Shown: positions 1 to 8,893, counted from the stretch's first letter. The stretch: DNA of 20,000 nucleotides from an uncultured virus (IMG/VR IMGVR_UViG_3300035208_003294) (IMGVR_UViG_3300035208_003294), one strand, 5' to 3'. Translations and numbers: made by a program. Notes: generated by a model from the sequence alone, not told the origin.

Positions 1-14
1 AGTATATACTTGAG

Positions 15-24
15 TATTTAAGTA
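15..24 (+). promoter_or_regulatory. Archaeal TATA box (TATTTAAGTA) for a probably leaderless protease transcript
   Basis: The TTTAAGTA core ends 21 nt before the ATG at 46; no Shine-Dalgarno visible. Confidence 0.5.
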
Positions 25-45
25 TAAAAAGCTATCATCTTAAAC

Positions 46-1509
46 ATGGCAACTCTTGAAGAGATGAAACAGGAACTAAGCGTTCACAAGGAAGAATGGA
101 AGACGAAATACAAAGTGACTGATATAAGCATCGGGCTAAAGGAATCTGGCGGGATCCTTACAAACGAACTATGCTATCAGTTCTGGGTGAACGAGAAGAA
201 AGTCCTCGAAGCAATGAGCGCAGATGAAGTCATCCCTAAAACCCTCTTCGAGAAGAAAACCGATGTTTGGGTAGAGAAGAAATGGTACTCTCAAGACATC
301 GTTCCAGGGACGATCCCCATGGACATCCCAACAAACGTCCGCGTCCGGCCTATACAACCAGGGTGCGGAGTCGGGAATGAGAAGATAACCCAAGGAACTC
401 CTGGTGCCCTCTATAAAATACCTGGACTAAACAAGAAATTCCTGCTGTCCAACGGGCACGTACTTGCTGCAGACCCATTCAACTACATCAAGAACCAATC
501 GAGCGTTGCCTGCCTGCAGCCCGGGCCCTATGGTGGCGGAAGCAACCCTGCTGATTACATCGGAAATCTGCGGTTCATGATGCTATTGAACGATCAAACC
601 GATGGTGCCGTTCCTCCGGTGTATTCAATAGGGTGTATTGAGGACGAGATAAACTACGTTGCAGACGGTCAGAGATTCGTTATGAACACATATAATGATG
701 GAACAATCTCTTCCCAAGGAGCTGCCCCCAACACTGCTGATTGTGCCCTATGTGAGCTGGCCGATGGAGTGGACATGATTCCAACACCCATAGATGAGAA
801 GGATTCCCCAAAGACACCGTCTTGCATCCTTCAACCAGGCCAGAAAGTCAAGCTCACAAGCTGGCGCATGAACGGAACAACCTGCGGAGTTGTCACCTCT
901 GTTGGAAAGAGCGCCCAAGTAAACTATAGTAATAACAAAGTAGCCAACTACGTAGACCTGATAGTGACTACCAAGATAGGGGAGCCCGGGACATCCGGAT
1001 CCGGAGTCATAACTGACGACGAAGCCCAGGCATTCGGCGGATTGAACTTCGCAGGAGACGGTTCAATGAATCTTGTCTGCTCTATTCAGCACATCAACGC
1101 CGCCTTTGGAGGAAGCGTAGTCTGTGTCGACGGTTCAACCGATCCGATAGAACCCCCGCCTCAGCCCCCGGAGAATGAGATATGGGATATCCATGGCCTC
1201 ATCGTTGACGAAGACATGAATCCCATAGAAGGCGCAGAAGTAGTAACGCTATCCGACCTCGGAGTAAAGACCGACCAAACCGGTGCTTATCGTATCGAGT
1301 ACGTCGTAGCTCCTGGAACCCCAAAAATCGTAGACTGGATCGAAGTCTATAAACCAGGATACTACCAAACACAACAGATCGCAAGCATCGAAGGCAAGAC
1401 ACAGATGAATCCGATAGTGCTGACAAAAATAAAGAAGGAAAGAAAGTTCATTGGAAATTTGAACTTCTTCGGTATACAGATGCCGATAACCGGCGTCTTA
1501 ACCGACTGA
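46..1509 (+). CDS. Trypsin/chymotrypsin-like (Nal1-type) serine protease with N-terminal pro-region and C-terminal carboxypeptidase-regulatory-like domain
   Basis: RPIQPG motif; triad candidates His (LLSNGHVLA), Asp (ADCALC) and Ser (PGTSGS, a variant of GDSGS); CLQPGPYGGG; Pro-rich linker DPIEPPPQPPE followed by IHGLIVDEDMNPIEGAEV...TDQTGAYRI...VYKPGY. No signal peptide. Confidence 0.8.
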   Translation: MATLEEMKQELSVHKEEWKTKYKVTDISIGLKESGGILTNELCYQFWVNEKKVLEAMSADEVIPKTLFEKKTDVWVEKKWYSQDIVPGTIPMDIPTNVRVRPIQPGCGVGNEKITQGTPGALYKIPGLNKKFLLSNGHVLAADPFNYIKNQSSVACLQPGPYGGGSNPADYIGNLRFMMLLNDQTDGAVPPVYSIGCIEDEINYVADGQRFVMNTYNDGTISSQGAAPNTADCALCELADGVDMIPTPIDEKDSPKTPSCILQPGQKVKLTSWRMNGTTCGVVTSVGKSAQVNYSNNKVANYVDLIVTTKIGEPGTSGSGVITDDEAQAFGGLNFAGDGSMNLVCSIQHINAAFGGSVVCVDGSTDPIEPPPQPPENEIWDIHGLIVDEDMNPIEGAEVVTLSDLGVKTDQTGAYRIEYVVAPGTPKIVDWIEVYKPGYYQTQQIASIEGKTQMNPIVLTKIKKERKFIGNLNFFGIQMPITGVLTD

Positions 1510-1833
1510 TTTCTTTACTTGCTCAAGGGCAAGTCTTTTTTCTTCTATTTTCTTTTTCTCGAAAATCTGTTTGTATAGCGTCATCAGGTTTGTTTGCAGG
1601 AACACGATCAATGCGAAGTAAGTCGTTATCTGATCCCAAATCCCGGCTTCCGTTATCACCTGGTTCTGAAGATACATGACGAGTCCGATCATCGCTCCGA
1701 AAGCTATCGTGATCCCGAACTTCACCCAGTCAAAGGACTCAGGAGATTCGCTTGCTTTCTTTTTGACCCAGAAAGTCCCCGCGTATACCATTGCTGCTAT
1801 TATTGCATATAGCATAGTTAAAGTTGGTTCCAT
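1498..1833 (-). CDS. Small 3-TM membrane protein, holin-like
   Basis: 111 aa; three hydrophobic segments and a highly charged basic C-terminus (EKKKIEEKRLALEQVKK); at the end of the virion gene block. Confidence 0.6.
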   Translation of the reverse strand: MEPTLTMLYAIIAAMVYAGTFWVKKKASESPESFDWVKFGITIAFGAMIGLVMYLQNQVITEAGIWDQITTYFALIVFLQTNLMTLYKQIFEKKKIEEKRLALEQVKKSVG

Positions 1834-1854
1834 AGTTAACCCATTAGAATGAAG

Positions 1855-1862
1855 GTTTAAAA
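1855..1862 (-). promoter_or_regulatory. Archaeal TATA box (TTTTAAAC) for the holin-like gene
   Basis: The minus strand reads AAAGGC-TTTTAAAC, 21 nt before the ATG at 1833. Confidence 0.45.
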
Positions 1863-1877
1863 GCCTTTGCTTCAGTA

Positions 1878-2309
1878 TCAGCCCAAAGGAACGTTTATCC
1901 TTGGGATTAATGGAAGAATCTTATCTTCCCTTCCCTGGCTTTTTTTTGAACTTAAACATTTCATATAATGCAGTCTAGCAGTCTCGCATTCATCGTCATC
2001 ATGGTCTGATTTTCCCATACGATTAGCCGACCAGCTAAGCAAATTCTCCAAAGTCAAATCAGACAGGAAACCCATTACTGCGGTTAATGCAAGGTTTGGC
2101 TGGATCGCGCCAAATGCGCCATAGAAGAAAGGATCTCTCATAAGGAATCCAACAAAACCGCCCATGGCTATGTCGGAGAACAATCCTAAAAAGAAATAGC
2201 CTCTTTGTTTATCAAAGAAGGGAGCGTACAACTTACCTTTATGGGATCTCAATGATTTTATCAAACCTCCCAAGGCCCCCGCGATAACACACTCAAAAGT
2301 AAATATCAT
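1878..2309 (-). CDS. Membrane protein (DUF4257-like), possible second holin/lysis accessory
   Basis: IAGALGGLIKSL...KLYAP...FFLGLFSDIAMGGFVGFLM Gly-rich TM pattern; about 3 TM segments and a charged tail. Confidence 0.55.
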   Translation of the reverse strand: MIFTFECVIAGALGGLIKSLRSHKGKLYAPFFDKQRGYFFLGLFSDIAMGGFVGFLMRDPFFYGAFGAIQPNLALTAVMGFLSDLTLENLLSWSANRMGKSDHDDDECETARLHYMKCLSSKKSQGREDKILPLIPRINVPLG

Positions 2310-2355
2310 TATTTAAACCCTATGATTAGATATTTTATTCAATCCCATATAAAAA

Positions 2356-2490
2356 CTAAGATGTTGTCTCTATCGTTCTCGACACCTTTGAAATTGTAGG
2401 TCTTTCAATCGATGGGGTGATTGATTCTATTATTGGCTGCTCCGGTGCGAACACCGGTTGCCAAACCGTTCCTCCTTCTCCTCCTGGCAT
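2356..2490 (-). CDS. Small hypothetical protein, 44 aa (absent from the ORF track)
   Basis: Hand translation: MPGGEGGTVWQPVFAPEQPIIESITPSIERPTISKVSRTIETTS*. The ATG is 7 nt after the stop of 2498..6181 and the ORF fills most of the gap. Confidence 0.5.
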   Translation of the reverse strand: MPGGEGGTVWQPVFAPEQPIIESITPSIERPTISKVSRTIETTS

Positions 2491-2497
2491 TTTCTTT

Positions 2498-5400
2498 TTA
2501 CCTCGTGTACGTTGTCCAGTTTATCTTGAAACTCTGGCTCAAGTTTGGTGGATTGTAGTAATCAGCCCAGAGCCATATCATCTGCGAGCCTCCGATACTG
2601 ATGTTATTGTATACTGTGTACCTGGTGTTCTCTGTGAAGTTCACCGCCATAGAAACATCTGAACTGTTCCCCCATTTTAAGGTGACATTCTGAATGGATC
2701 GGTTGACCCACAGAACTGCAGCCAAAACATCAGTATAATTGTTGCTGAAATTCAGTGCGCCAATGGTGGCAGACTGGCCGCTAATATTGACGTTCTTCTC
2801 ACTCCTATGCCTCGGGAAGAAATATATGTTGCTTATTCCAGAGGACTTACCTATTCGGGCATCATATTGACTCTCATAGGTAAGGTTCGAAAGGTCGAAA
2901 ATCAAATTCCCTCCCCAGATGCTTGAAACAGAAATGTTGTACTGACAAGTACCAGACCAGGAATAATTGGAACAATTGTTCAAGGGGAACGTTATTGCCA
3001 CCGGGCCCGGGAACGAACCATTCTGAGAATAGAAATTTGCTACTGTGCAGGATCCGCTAGATAGATTGATACTCACATTCTCTGGTGCCGGTGTCGTATT
3101 GCTTACCCAAACCGTCTGATTGACGAAATACGCATTACAAGGGGCCGAAATATTAAACGATGATCTAGTGCTGTTTATAGTTTCATTAAATCCTACCACG
3201 TCTACATAGTAGAATCCTGAAGCATTTGAATTTCTGCAGATCACGTTGAATCTGTTATAGCCCAGGTTCGATAAAGTAGTCATCTCCTTTGAAGCGCTTA
3301 TTGTTGAATTCACGAAAGTATCGTAGACATCGTTCACGTAGACGCTGGCGTTACAGGTCCCTATACCAAAGTAGAGTTCGGGAGTCCTATCACTGAAAAA
3401 CGTTCCATTAGTCGTGAGGTTCACGTCCTGGTTGGAATAAGTGAAAGTCTCGCTTATGTTGCTGAACCCCCCAACATCGTACTCAGTTACGTTGAAATAA
3501 TAAACCTCTGAAAAAAGATCTCCAATTATTGCCGAACAAAGGTTTGCAGAGCAGTTCATTACATATTGCGTTCCTGACCAGCTTAAGTTCGCGCTACTAA
3601 AGTTCACGTCTGAATATGAAGCGTTAATGAATACAGACCTGTTGAAAGCCTCAACAAAGTTATTTGTTGGACTCACAATAGAAACGCTCTGAGGCCTATT
3701 AAGAGTGAAAGAGACATTAGAGCTGTTCACCACATTTCCTGCAGTATCGACACAAGAAACATAAGCGCTATGCAGACCATCATCATAAGTATTCGCTACA
3801 TTGTGTGTGTATTCCACATTACTTGGGATTGAAGATAAAAGCCACCAAACAGCTTCTTCACCAAAATCTATTCCTCCCACATAATTCCAAATTGGATACC
3901 AAGAGGTTGTTCCATTTTGGCAGCTTAAGTTTTGTGTGTTCCACATATTGAAATATGATTTTAGGCGTAGGTTTAGCGTGGTTCCATATTCAAAACAAGA
4001 GGAAGGTATGGTCTCATTGTATAACCAATAACTGCTTCTTCCATAATATATTTTTGATGAATTTTGAGTATTTATGGGCTTGGTATAATTCACATAAAAA
4101 TAACTTGTGTCGCTCGTTCCATAACCACCTGTACTAAAAATTCCGTCGTAGTATTTTGTAGCTGGGTATGTCCCCGAGAAAGTGCCAGTATAATTATAGG
4201 TCCCTGTATTCAGTCCCCCACATGTAGTGGCTACGTTTGCAGTTTCCTGGTAACACCATTCGGATTCCGATTCAGAATCCTTTACCCCGTCTATAAATAA
4301 AGAGCAATTATAAGCATCTTCCGGACCCGATACTGTGTAATTAATATTTGGTTGTGAGGTAAATGATGCATTGAGTGACGAGTTCAACACGACAACAGTT
4401 CCACACGACGACGACCCATTTTGACATGATGACCCATCAAAATAGCATTGTTTACCATTTCCAGCACCGGTACCAGTATATCGTGATTCACAATCTGAAG
4501 GATTGGTTTCCAAAGTGCAGGATGAAATATACGTTCCGGTACAGGCTAATGTGGTGGTGGTGGTCGTCGTTGTTGTCGTAGTGGTTGTAGTTGTCGTAGT
4601 GGTTGTAGTTGTCGTGGTCGTGGTTACGTTGACTGTGAAGTATTGGCTTACCTGCGCTAGGTTTCCAGCTGTGTCGTTCGCGTAGACGGTCACAGAGTAA
4701 TTGCTATTTGACAGGTTCAACGTGATATTTTGGCAGGCTGATAAACTGATTGAGGCCGTGCTGTTGACTGAGTACCAGCATTGTTGAAGGTTCGTGTCTT
4801 GGGCAGTATAGTTCAAACTGATGTTCGCAATGCTATAAGTCGTATTCGCAGGAGATTGGATGGTGATGTTCGGAAGAATCGTATCAACTGTCAAAGTCCT
4901 GGTCTCGCTTGTTCCGTTGTTTCCTGACGAATCATTAGCCCAGCCATAGTATGAATACGTGCCAGAAGAGAGATTAGACATGTTCGCGTAGAACCTCCAT
5001 TCCGTGCTGTTATACTGGTTCCAAGTCCACACATTGGCCAACCGGTATACTGGGAATAAGTAAGAGGAATTCATACTTGAGAAGTTATTGTATACTTCTG
5101 TTGTATTCTGATACGTTGTGTAGATTTGAGATTCCGCAGAACCACTACAGCAGCGAAACCCGAGGTAGCCGGTCACGGCCGAAGGCGCGGCGGCCAGGCT
5201 GGCGCAGAACACGCCCGCAGCGGCCCCATGGAGCCAGGTGCCGCCCCGGAGAACCGCACGCCCGCTGGTCGTGTCGCCGTAGAAGTATACGTCGTCCATG
5301 CCGTATCTCCCGTCGTCGGCTGCGCTCGTCGTAGACCAGTTGCCGCTCGTTGTATTGATATAATACCACCCGCTCGTAGGACCCGGCGCAATGGTTGTAA

Positions 5401-6181
5401 CCGATTCGTTAACCCACTCCCATAGGTTCCCGACCAGGTCGTATACGCCTTCCGTTGAGCGGCAATTCGTCCTGGAACCAGTCAAACATACCCGGTTGTC
5501 AGCGTATGAGCCGTTAATCTGGCAGAAATAATTTGTATTACAATTCAACGAGGTATCGCTGTCGTCTCCCGGAATATAATGCCCTGATTCTCCGGTAGGC
5601 AGATAATAGACGGTTCCAAGAACGTTCGCCGCAGCAAGCCACTCATCCGAGGTGCAAAGGTGCTTTCCTGTGTTGGCGCACATCTGCCGAGCCTGCTTCT
5701 GCGAAACCCCGGCCAAAGGCACTACGTTGGGTCTACTTGTAGCATTAACGCTTGTCCCAGTATCGCTATCTATGCCTCCGAACACTCCGCTTACGGGAAC
5801 GCACAAGGACGCATTACAATACCCCTCAGACGTGTAGCTGGCGCAATTACTGCCCGGAGAGCCGTCGCATCCCGGAACACTCGCCTCATACTGGTCGATG
5901 CAGTACCCGCCCAACGCATCGATATACGACATGTTCCCGCTGCAATTCACCGCATGGAAAGTAGTGTTGGTCTCATTCCAGTTGAACTTGAAGGTGTCCA
6001 GGTTCTCCTCCTCTATTGAGATATTAACTTCTATCCAGTTCCTACCAATGATGCTTTGATTAGCTTCGGTAGGGGGCTGGAAGGAAAGATTAAGGGACTG
6101 AACGGAGACAATAGACGAAAATAAAAACAACGTTAAAGCTATTAAGCCTAGTTTTCCACCGGAAAAAACATTAATTTTCAT
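2498..6181 (-). CDS. Secreted modular surface glycoprotein 1 (1227 aa): Ig-like scaffold with inserted CLec/FGE-sulfatase-fold DGR-target domain, Ig repeat, poly-Thr linker, Cys-rich module, further Ig-like domains
   Basis: Signal peptide; YCIDQYEAS, QARQMC..GKHLCTSDEW, GVYDLVGNLWEWV and RGG.W...GFRCC (FGE/CLec fold); YANDTAGN-type archaeal Ig repeats; very many N-x-S/T sequons; no C-terminal TM. Confidence 0.85.
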   Translation of the reverse strand: MKINVFSGGKLGLIALTLFLFSSIVSVQSLNLSFQPPTEANQSIIGRNWIEVNISIEEENLDTFKFNWNETNTTFHAVNCSGNMSYIDALGGYCIDQYEASVPGCDGSPGSNCASYTSEGYCNASLCVPVSGVFGGIDSDTGTSVNATSRPNVVPLAGVSQKQARQMCANTGKHLCTSDEWLAAANVLGTVYYLPTGESGHYIPGDDSDTSLNCNTNYFCQINGSYADNRVCLTGSRTNCRSTEGVYDLVGNLWEWVNESVTTIAPGPTSGWYYINTTSGNWSTTSAADDGRYGMDDVYFYGDTTSGRAVLRGGTWLHGAAAGVFCASLAAAPSAVTGYLGFRCCSGSAESQIYTTYQNTTEVYNNFSSMNSSYLFPVYRLANVWTWNQYNSTEWRFYANMSNLSSGTYSYYGWANDSSGNNGTSETRTLTVDTILPNITIQSPANTTYSIANISLNYTAQDTNLQQCWYSVNSTASISLSACQNITLNLSNSNYSVTVYANDTAGNLAQVSQYFTVNVTTTTTTTTTTTTTTTTTTTTTTTTTLACTGTYISSCTLETNPSDCESRYTGTGAGNGKQCYFDGSSCQNGSSSCGTVVVLNSSLNASFTSQPNINYTVSGPEDAYNCSLFIDGVKDSESESEWCYQETANVATTCGGLNTGTYNYTGTFSGTYPATKYYDGIFSTGGYGTSDTSYFYVNYTKPINTQNSSKIYYGRSSYWLYNETIPSSCFEYGTTLNLRLKSYFNMWNTQNLSCQNGTTSWYPIWNYVGGIDFGEEAVWWLLSSIPSNVEYTHNVANTYDDGLHSAYVSCVDTAGNVVNSSNVSFTLNRPQSVSIVSPTNNFVEAFNRSVFINASYSDVNFSSANLSWSGTQYVMNCSANLCSAIIGDLFSEVYYFNVTEYDVGGFSNISETFTYSNQDVNLTTNGTFFSDRTPELYFGIGTCNASVYVNDVYDTFVNSTISASKEMTTLSNLGYNRFNVICRNSNASGFYYVDVVGFNETINSTRSSFNISAPCNAYFVNQTVWVSNTTPAPENVSINLSSGSCTVANFYSQNGSFPGPVAITFPLNNCSNYSWSGTCQYNISVSSIWGGNLIFDLSNLTYESQYDARIGKSSGISNIYFFPRHRSEKNVNISGQSATIGALNFSNNYTDVLAAVLWVNRSIQNVTLKWGNSSDVSMAVNFTENTRYTVYNNISIGGSQMIWLWADYYNPPNLSQSFKINWTTYTR
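4550..4624 (-). repeat. Poly-Thr coding repeat (25 ACN codons)
   Basis: Degenerate trinucleotide tract that includes a duplicated 18-mer (gttgtcgtagtggttgta on the + strand). Confidence 0.95.
5147..5260 (-). other. DGR variable region (VR)-like segment
   Basis: Encodes RAVLRGGTWLHGAAAGVFCASLAAAPSAVTGYLGFRCC. Only 5 A in 114 coding-strand nt, all within NNY codons at positions where CLec DGR templates carry AAY; the invariant codons contain no A. Confidence 0.8.
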
Positions 6182-6198
6182 TTTTTTAGGACATTAAA

Positions 6199-6357
6199 TT
6201 ATTTCTGGAATGTTCCCTGATACGCGGCAGGTGTAAGGCTTCCTGAAGTTGTGATCGTACCACACGCCGAGATAGCGAACACTGTTGAAGACAATACCAT
6301 CAGCGCCAACAAAATTCTCTTTATCCCTGAAAGCTTATACGTACTGGATCGTGACAT
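6199..6357 (-). pseudogene. Remnant of a fourth secreted surface-protein gene (signal peptide plus start of a beta-helix cap), 52 aa
   Basis: Hand translation: MSRSSTYKLSGIKRILLALMVLSSTVFAISACGTITTSGSLTPAAYQGTFQK*. ISACGTITTSGS resembles VTNCSTITTPGDY in the neighbouring protein, and similarity is lost after it. Confidence 0.55.
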
Positions 6358-8893
6358 TGTTCGAGTTCCCAACATAATAGTTCTTCGAGTAATTAGACAT
6401 CACACACCAATCTACCAGGATATTGTTCTGTCTATTAATGTATACGCCGTAGCCACTGCCTTCCCCTGTGAAGCTGGAACCTAGGCAGGTAAGGGATACA
6501 CTGTCTGCTGCAATCACGAAGCACGTAGAGTTGCTATGTTGTCCTGAAAGGATTACGTAATCGCCGGGCGTTGTGATTGTTGAACAGTTAGTTACTAGAG
6601 TATGGTTTACTACAAAATATTGTGTTGTCTGTGCAAGATTCCCAACACTATCATTGGCATACAATGTTATGTTATATGTCCCCTTGCTCAGGTTAAGGCT
6701 AACGTTATTACATGAGGAGAGACTTGTATTAGACGTACTGTTTATCGAATACCAACAACCACCCAAGTGTACATCGTAGACCGTATAGTTTAAACTAAGG
6801 TTCCCAGACACATAGGAAGTGTTTTCAGGGAATTGGATGGAGATAGACGGGGACGTAGTATCTACTGTGAAATACTGGCTTACCTGTGCAAGATTACCGG
6901 CAGTATCGTTAGCGTATACAGTAACGCTGTAATTGCTATCGGATAAGTTCAATGTAAGGTTGCTACAATCGGGTACGCTTACTGAAGGCGTGTTGTTCAA
7001 GGAATACCAGCACTGCTGTAAATGCGTGTCAATTACAGTGTAGTTCAAACTGATATTCGATATGATGTATGTAGTATTGGTTGGGCTCTGGATTGTTATA
7101 TTAGGCAATACTAAATCAACCGTCAACGTCCTGGTCTCGCTTGTTCCGTTGTTACCGGACGTGTCATTAGCCCAACCATAGTAGGAATAAGTGCCATCTG
7201 ATAAGTTCGTGAGATTAGCGTAGAAACGATACTCGGTGCTGTTGTATTTCTGGAACTCGGACTCATACTGGAACCAAATTTCAGAAGCAGATAAGGGGCG
7301 GTTGTAGATACGGAGTTCATCAAGAGTTCCATTTAAATTTCTAGTGTTTACTGAGTTATCAAATAAATACGTGGTTCCTGATGAAATATTAATTGCCCCT
7401 TTACCTACCGTATTTGATGAAGTTGAGAAAACCCCATTTTGATATATGCTAATATTTGTTAAATTTAGTATAATCGCAAAATGTGTCCAAGTATTTATTG
7501 AGATTGCATTTGGAGTGGTGGCAAGGAAAGTTATTGGCGTACTTCCATTTGACGTATCTACTTGTAGTATTCCCGTCGATGCATAAATAAATATTCTTAA
7601 ATTACCATTACTATCAATTATACGGGGTGTTGTTTCTCCGTATCCGCTTCTAGGATATAACCAAAAAGAAATAGTTGCATTATTTATTTCGGGAAATGAT
7701 GGTACTTGTGAAAGACAGTTTTTTCCAGGACAATCTAATCCAAGTTCAAACTTTCCAGGAAGGTAACTGAGATTAGCAGAGGTCATATTGTTCCCATATT
7801 TCGATATATCCACTGCATAGGTGCTATTCTCTCCTATTGCTGAATTATTATTGAAATTCAACGCCAACACAAGAGATGGGTCGTATATCGAATAGTTTGC
7901 CCCGTTCCAGTTGAACTTGAAGGTGTCAAGTGTTTCATTCGTGGAAATAGACACATTCACTTCCGAGTAATTAGCACCGATAACAGCACCATCATCAGGA
8001 GTAGGGGGAAGGAAGGAAAGAGACAACGGTATGACATCCGCAAGAGTGGTCGTCGTCGTAGTTGTCGTGGTTGTCGTTGTTGTAGTCGTTGTGGTTGTGG
8101 TTGTTGTAGTAGTGGTTGATGCAGCTATCGTAATGTTCCTGGAACTGCTCGTATTCGTTACCGCTCCAACAGAGCAATTCACGTTCCAGAGATATGATCC
8201 GTCGGCAAGAGTAGAGTTTGCAGTAATCACCGTAGCCGTATTATTCGTAGTGTTCCCGTTTGCTATGCTCCAATTCCAAGATACCTCGTCGAATTGGCTT
8301 GTTACCCCAGACGTAAGAGTATACCAACCAGTTCCATTAAAACAGTATATCCCATAGCTTCCGGCATCGATGGTGTTGCTGTAAAACCTGAACTGTTTAG
8401 GATCCTGCGCCATACATAAACTGCTAATCGCTACGGTATAATTATTCGCGAATCTAACATATTGGACGACCGATGAAGCGGTAGCCAAACCAGGGGAAGA
8501 AATATTCACATAAGCATATTCTCCAGTAACCGAGCCAGAAGCAGAAGTAGACCAATCTCCGTCGAACATGTAAGAGAGATTGTTCCACCCAGAGGTATTA
8601 GTCAACAATCCATTATAATTCAATCCACAAGAACCATCCCCCACACGAGCTTCACTGAAATTACCCTGAAAGCAAGGAGTCTGCGCAAGACCATATCCTG
8701 AGTTGTTCAAGAACAGTTGACAAGTATACGTGTCTTCATCTCCAGATACCGTGAAGTTGAAATCTGGAGTATTATCAGAAGTAATATTAGCTTCTTCGGG
8801 GGTATTAAGTATTATACTAAGGGCTTGAGCGGAGACTAAAGGTAGAGCTAAGATCAACAACAACGATCCCAAAAACAATTTTGCATTTTTCAT
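6335..8893 (-). CDS. Secreted modular surface glycoprotein 2 (852 aa): Ig scaffold with Cys-containing insert, poly-Thr, Ig scaffold with LamG-like insert, two Ig repeats, truncated beta-helix start
   Basis: Signal peptide; LamG/concanavalin-like motifs TISFWLYP, WTHFAI and GTLDELRIYNRPLSASEI; YANDTAGN repeats; C-terminal CSTITTPGDYVI...GYGVYI NosD-like start; sequon-rich. Confidence 0.85.
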   Translation of the reverse strand: MKNAKLFLGSLLLILALPLVSAQALSIILNTPEEANITSDNTPDFNFTVSGDEDTYTCQLFLNNSGYGLAQTPCFQGNFSEARVGDGSCGLNYNGLLTNTSGWNNLSYMFDGDWSTSASGSVTGEYAYVNISSPGLATASSVVQYVRFANNYTVAISSLCMAQDPKQFRFYSNTIDAGSYGIYCFNGTGWYTLTSGVTSQFDEVSWNWSIANGNTTNNTATVITANSTLADGSYLWNVNCSVGAVTNTSSSRNITIAASTTTTTTTTTTTTTTTTTTTTTTTTLADVIPLSLSFLPPTPDDGAVIGANYSEVNVSISTNETLDTFKFNWNGANYSIYDPSLVLALNFNNNSAIGENSTYAVDISKYGNNMTSANLSYLPGKFELGLDCPGKNCLSQVPSFPEINNATISFWLYPRSGYGETTPRIIDSNGNLRIFIYASTGILQVDTSNGSTPITFLATTPNAISINTWTHFAIILNLTNISIYQNGVFSTSSNTVGKGAINISSGTTYLFDNSVNTRNLNGTLDELRIYNRPLSASEIWFQYESEFQKYNSTEYRFYANLTNLSDGTYSYYGWANDTSGNNGTSETRTLTVDLVLPNITIQSPTNTTYIISNISLNYTVIDTHLQQCWYSLNNTPSVSVPDCSNLTLNLSDSNYSVTVYANDTAGNLAQVSQYFTVDTTSPSISIQFPENTSYVSGNLSLNYTVYDVHLGGCWYSINSTSNTSLSSCNNVSLNLSKGTYNITLYANDSVGNLAQTTQYFVVNHTLVTNCSTITTPGDYVILSGQHSNSTCFVIAADSVSLTCLGSSFTGEGSGYGVYINRQNNILVDWCVMSNYSKNYYVGNSNNVTIQYV
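8045..8116 (-). repeat. Poly-Thr coding repeat (24 ACN codons)
   Basis: Degenerate trinucleotide tract between the two scaffold modules. Confidence 0.95.

Noticed and set aside
5115..5149. DGR homing hairpin downstream of the VR
   Set aside because: Only weak pairing (TGTAG...CTACA, TTC-TGCG-GAA); not a convincing GC-rich stem-loop.
5147..5930. Formylglycine-generating enzyme (sulfatase maturation)
   Set aside because: Same fold, but the catalytic Cys-containing loop is replaced by a VR-type sequence, and the domain sits in a surface protein.
5077..6019. Cluster of Arg/Pro-rich overlapping ORFs in several frames
   Set aside because: Expected from stop-codon scarcity in the GC-rich, A-poor CLec segment.
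4503..8357. Poly-Val ORFs 4503..4685 and 8031..8357 (+)
   Set aside because: Antisense shadows of the poly-Thr tracts.
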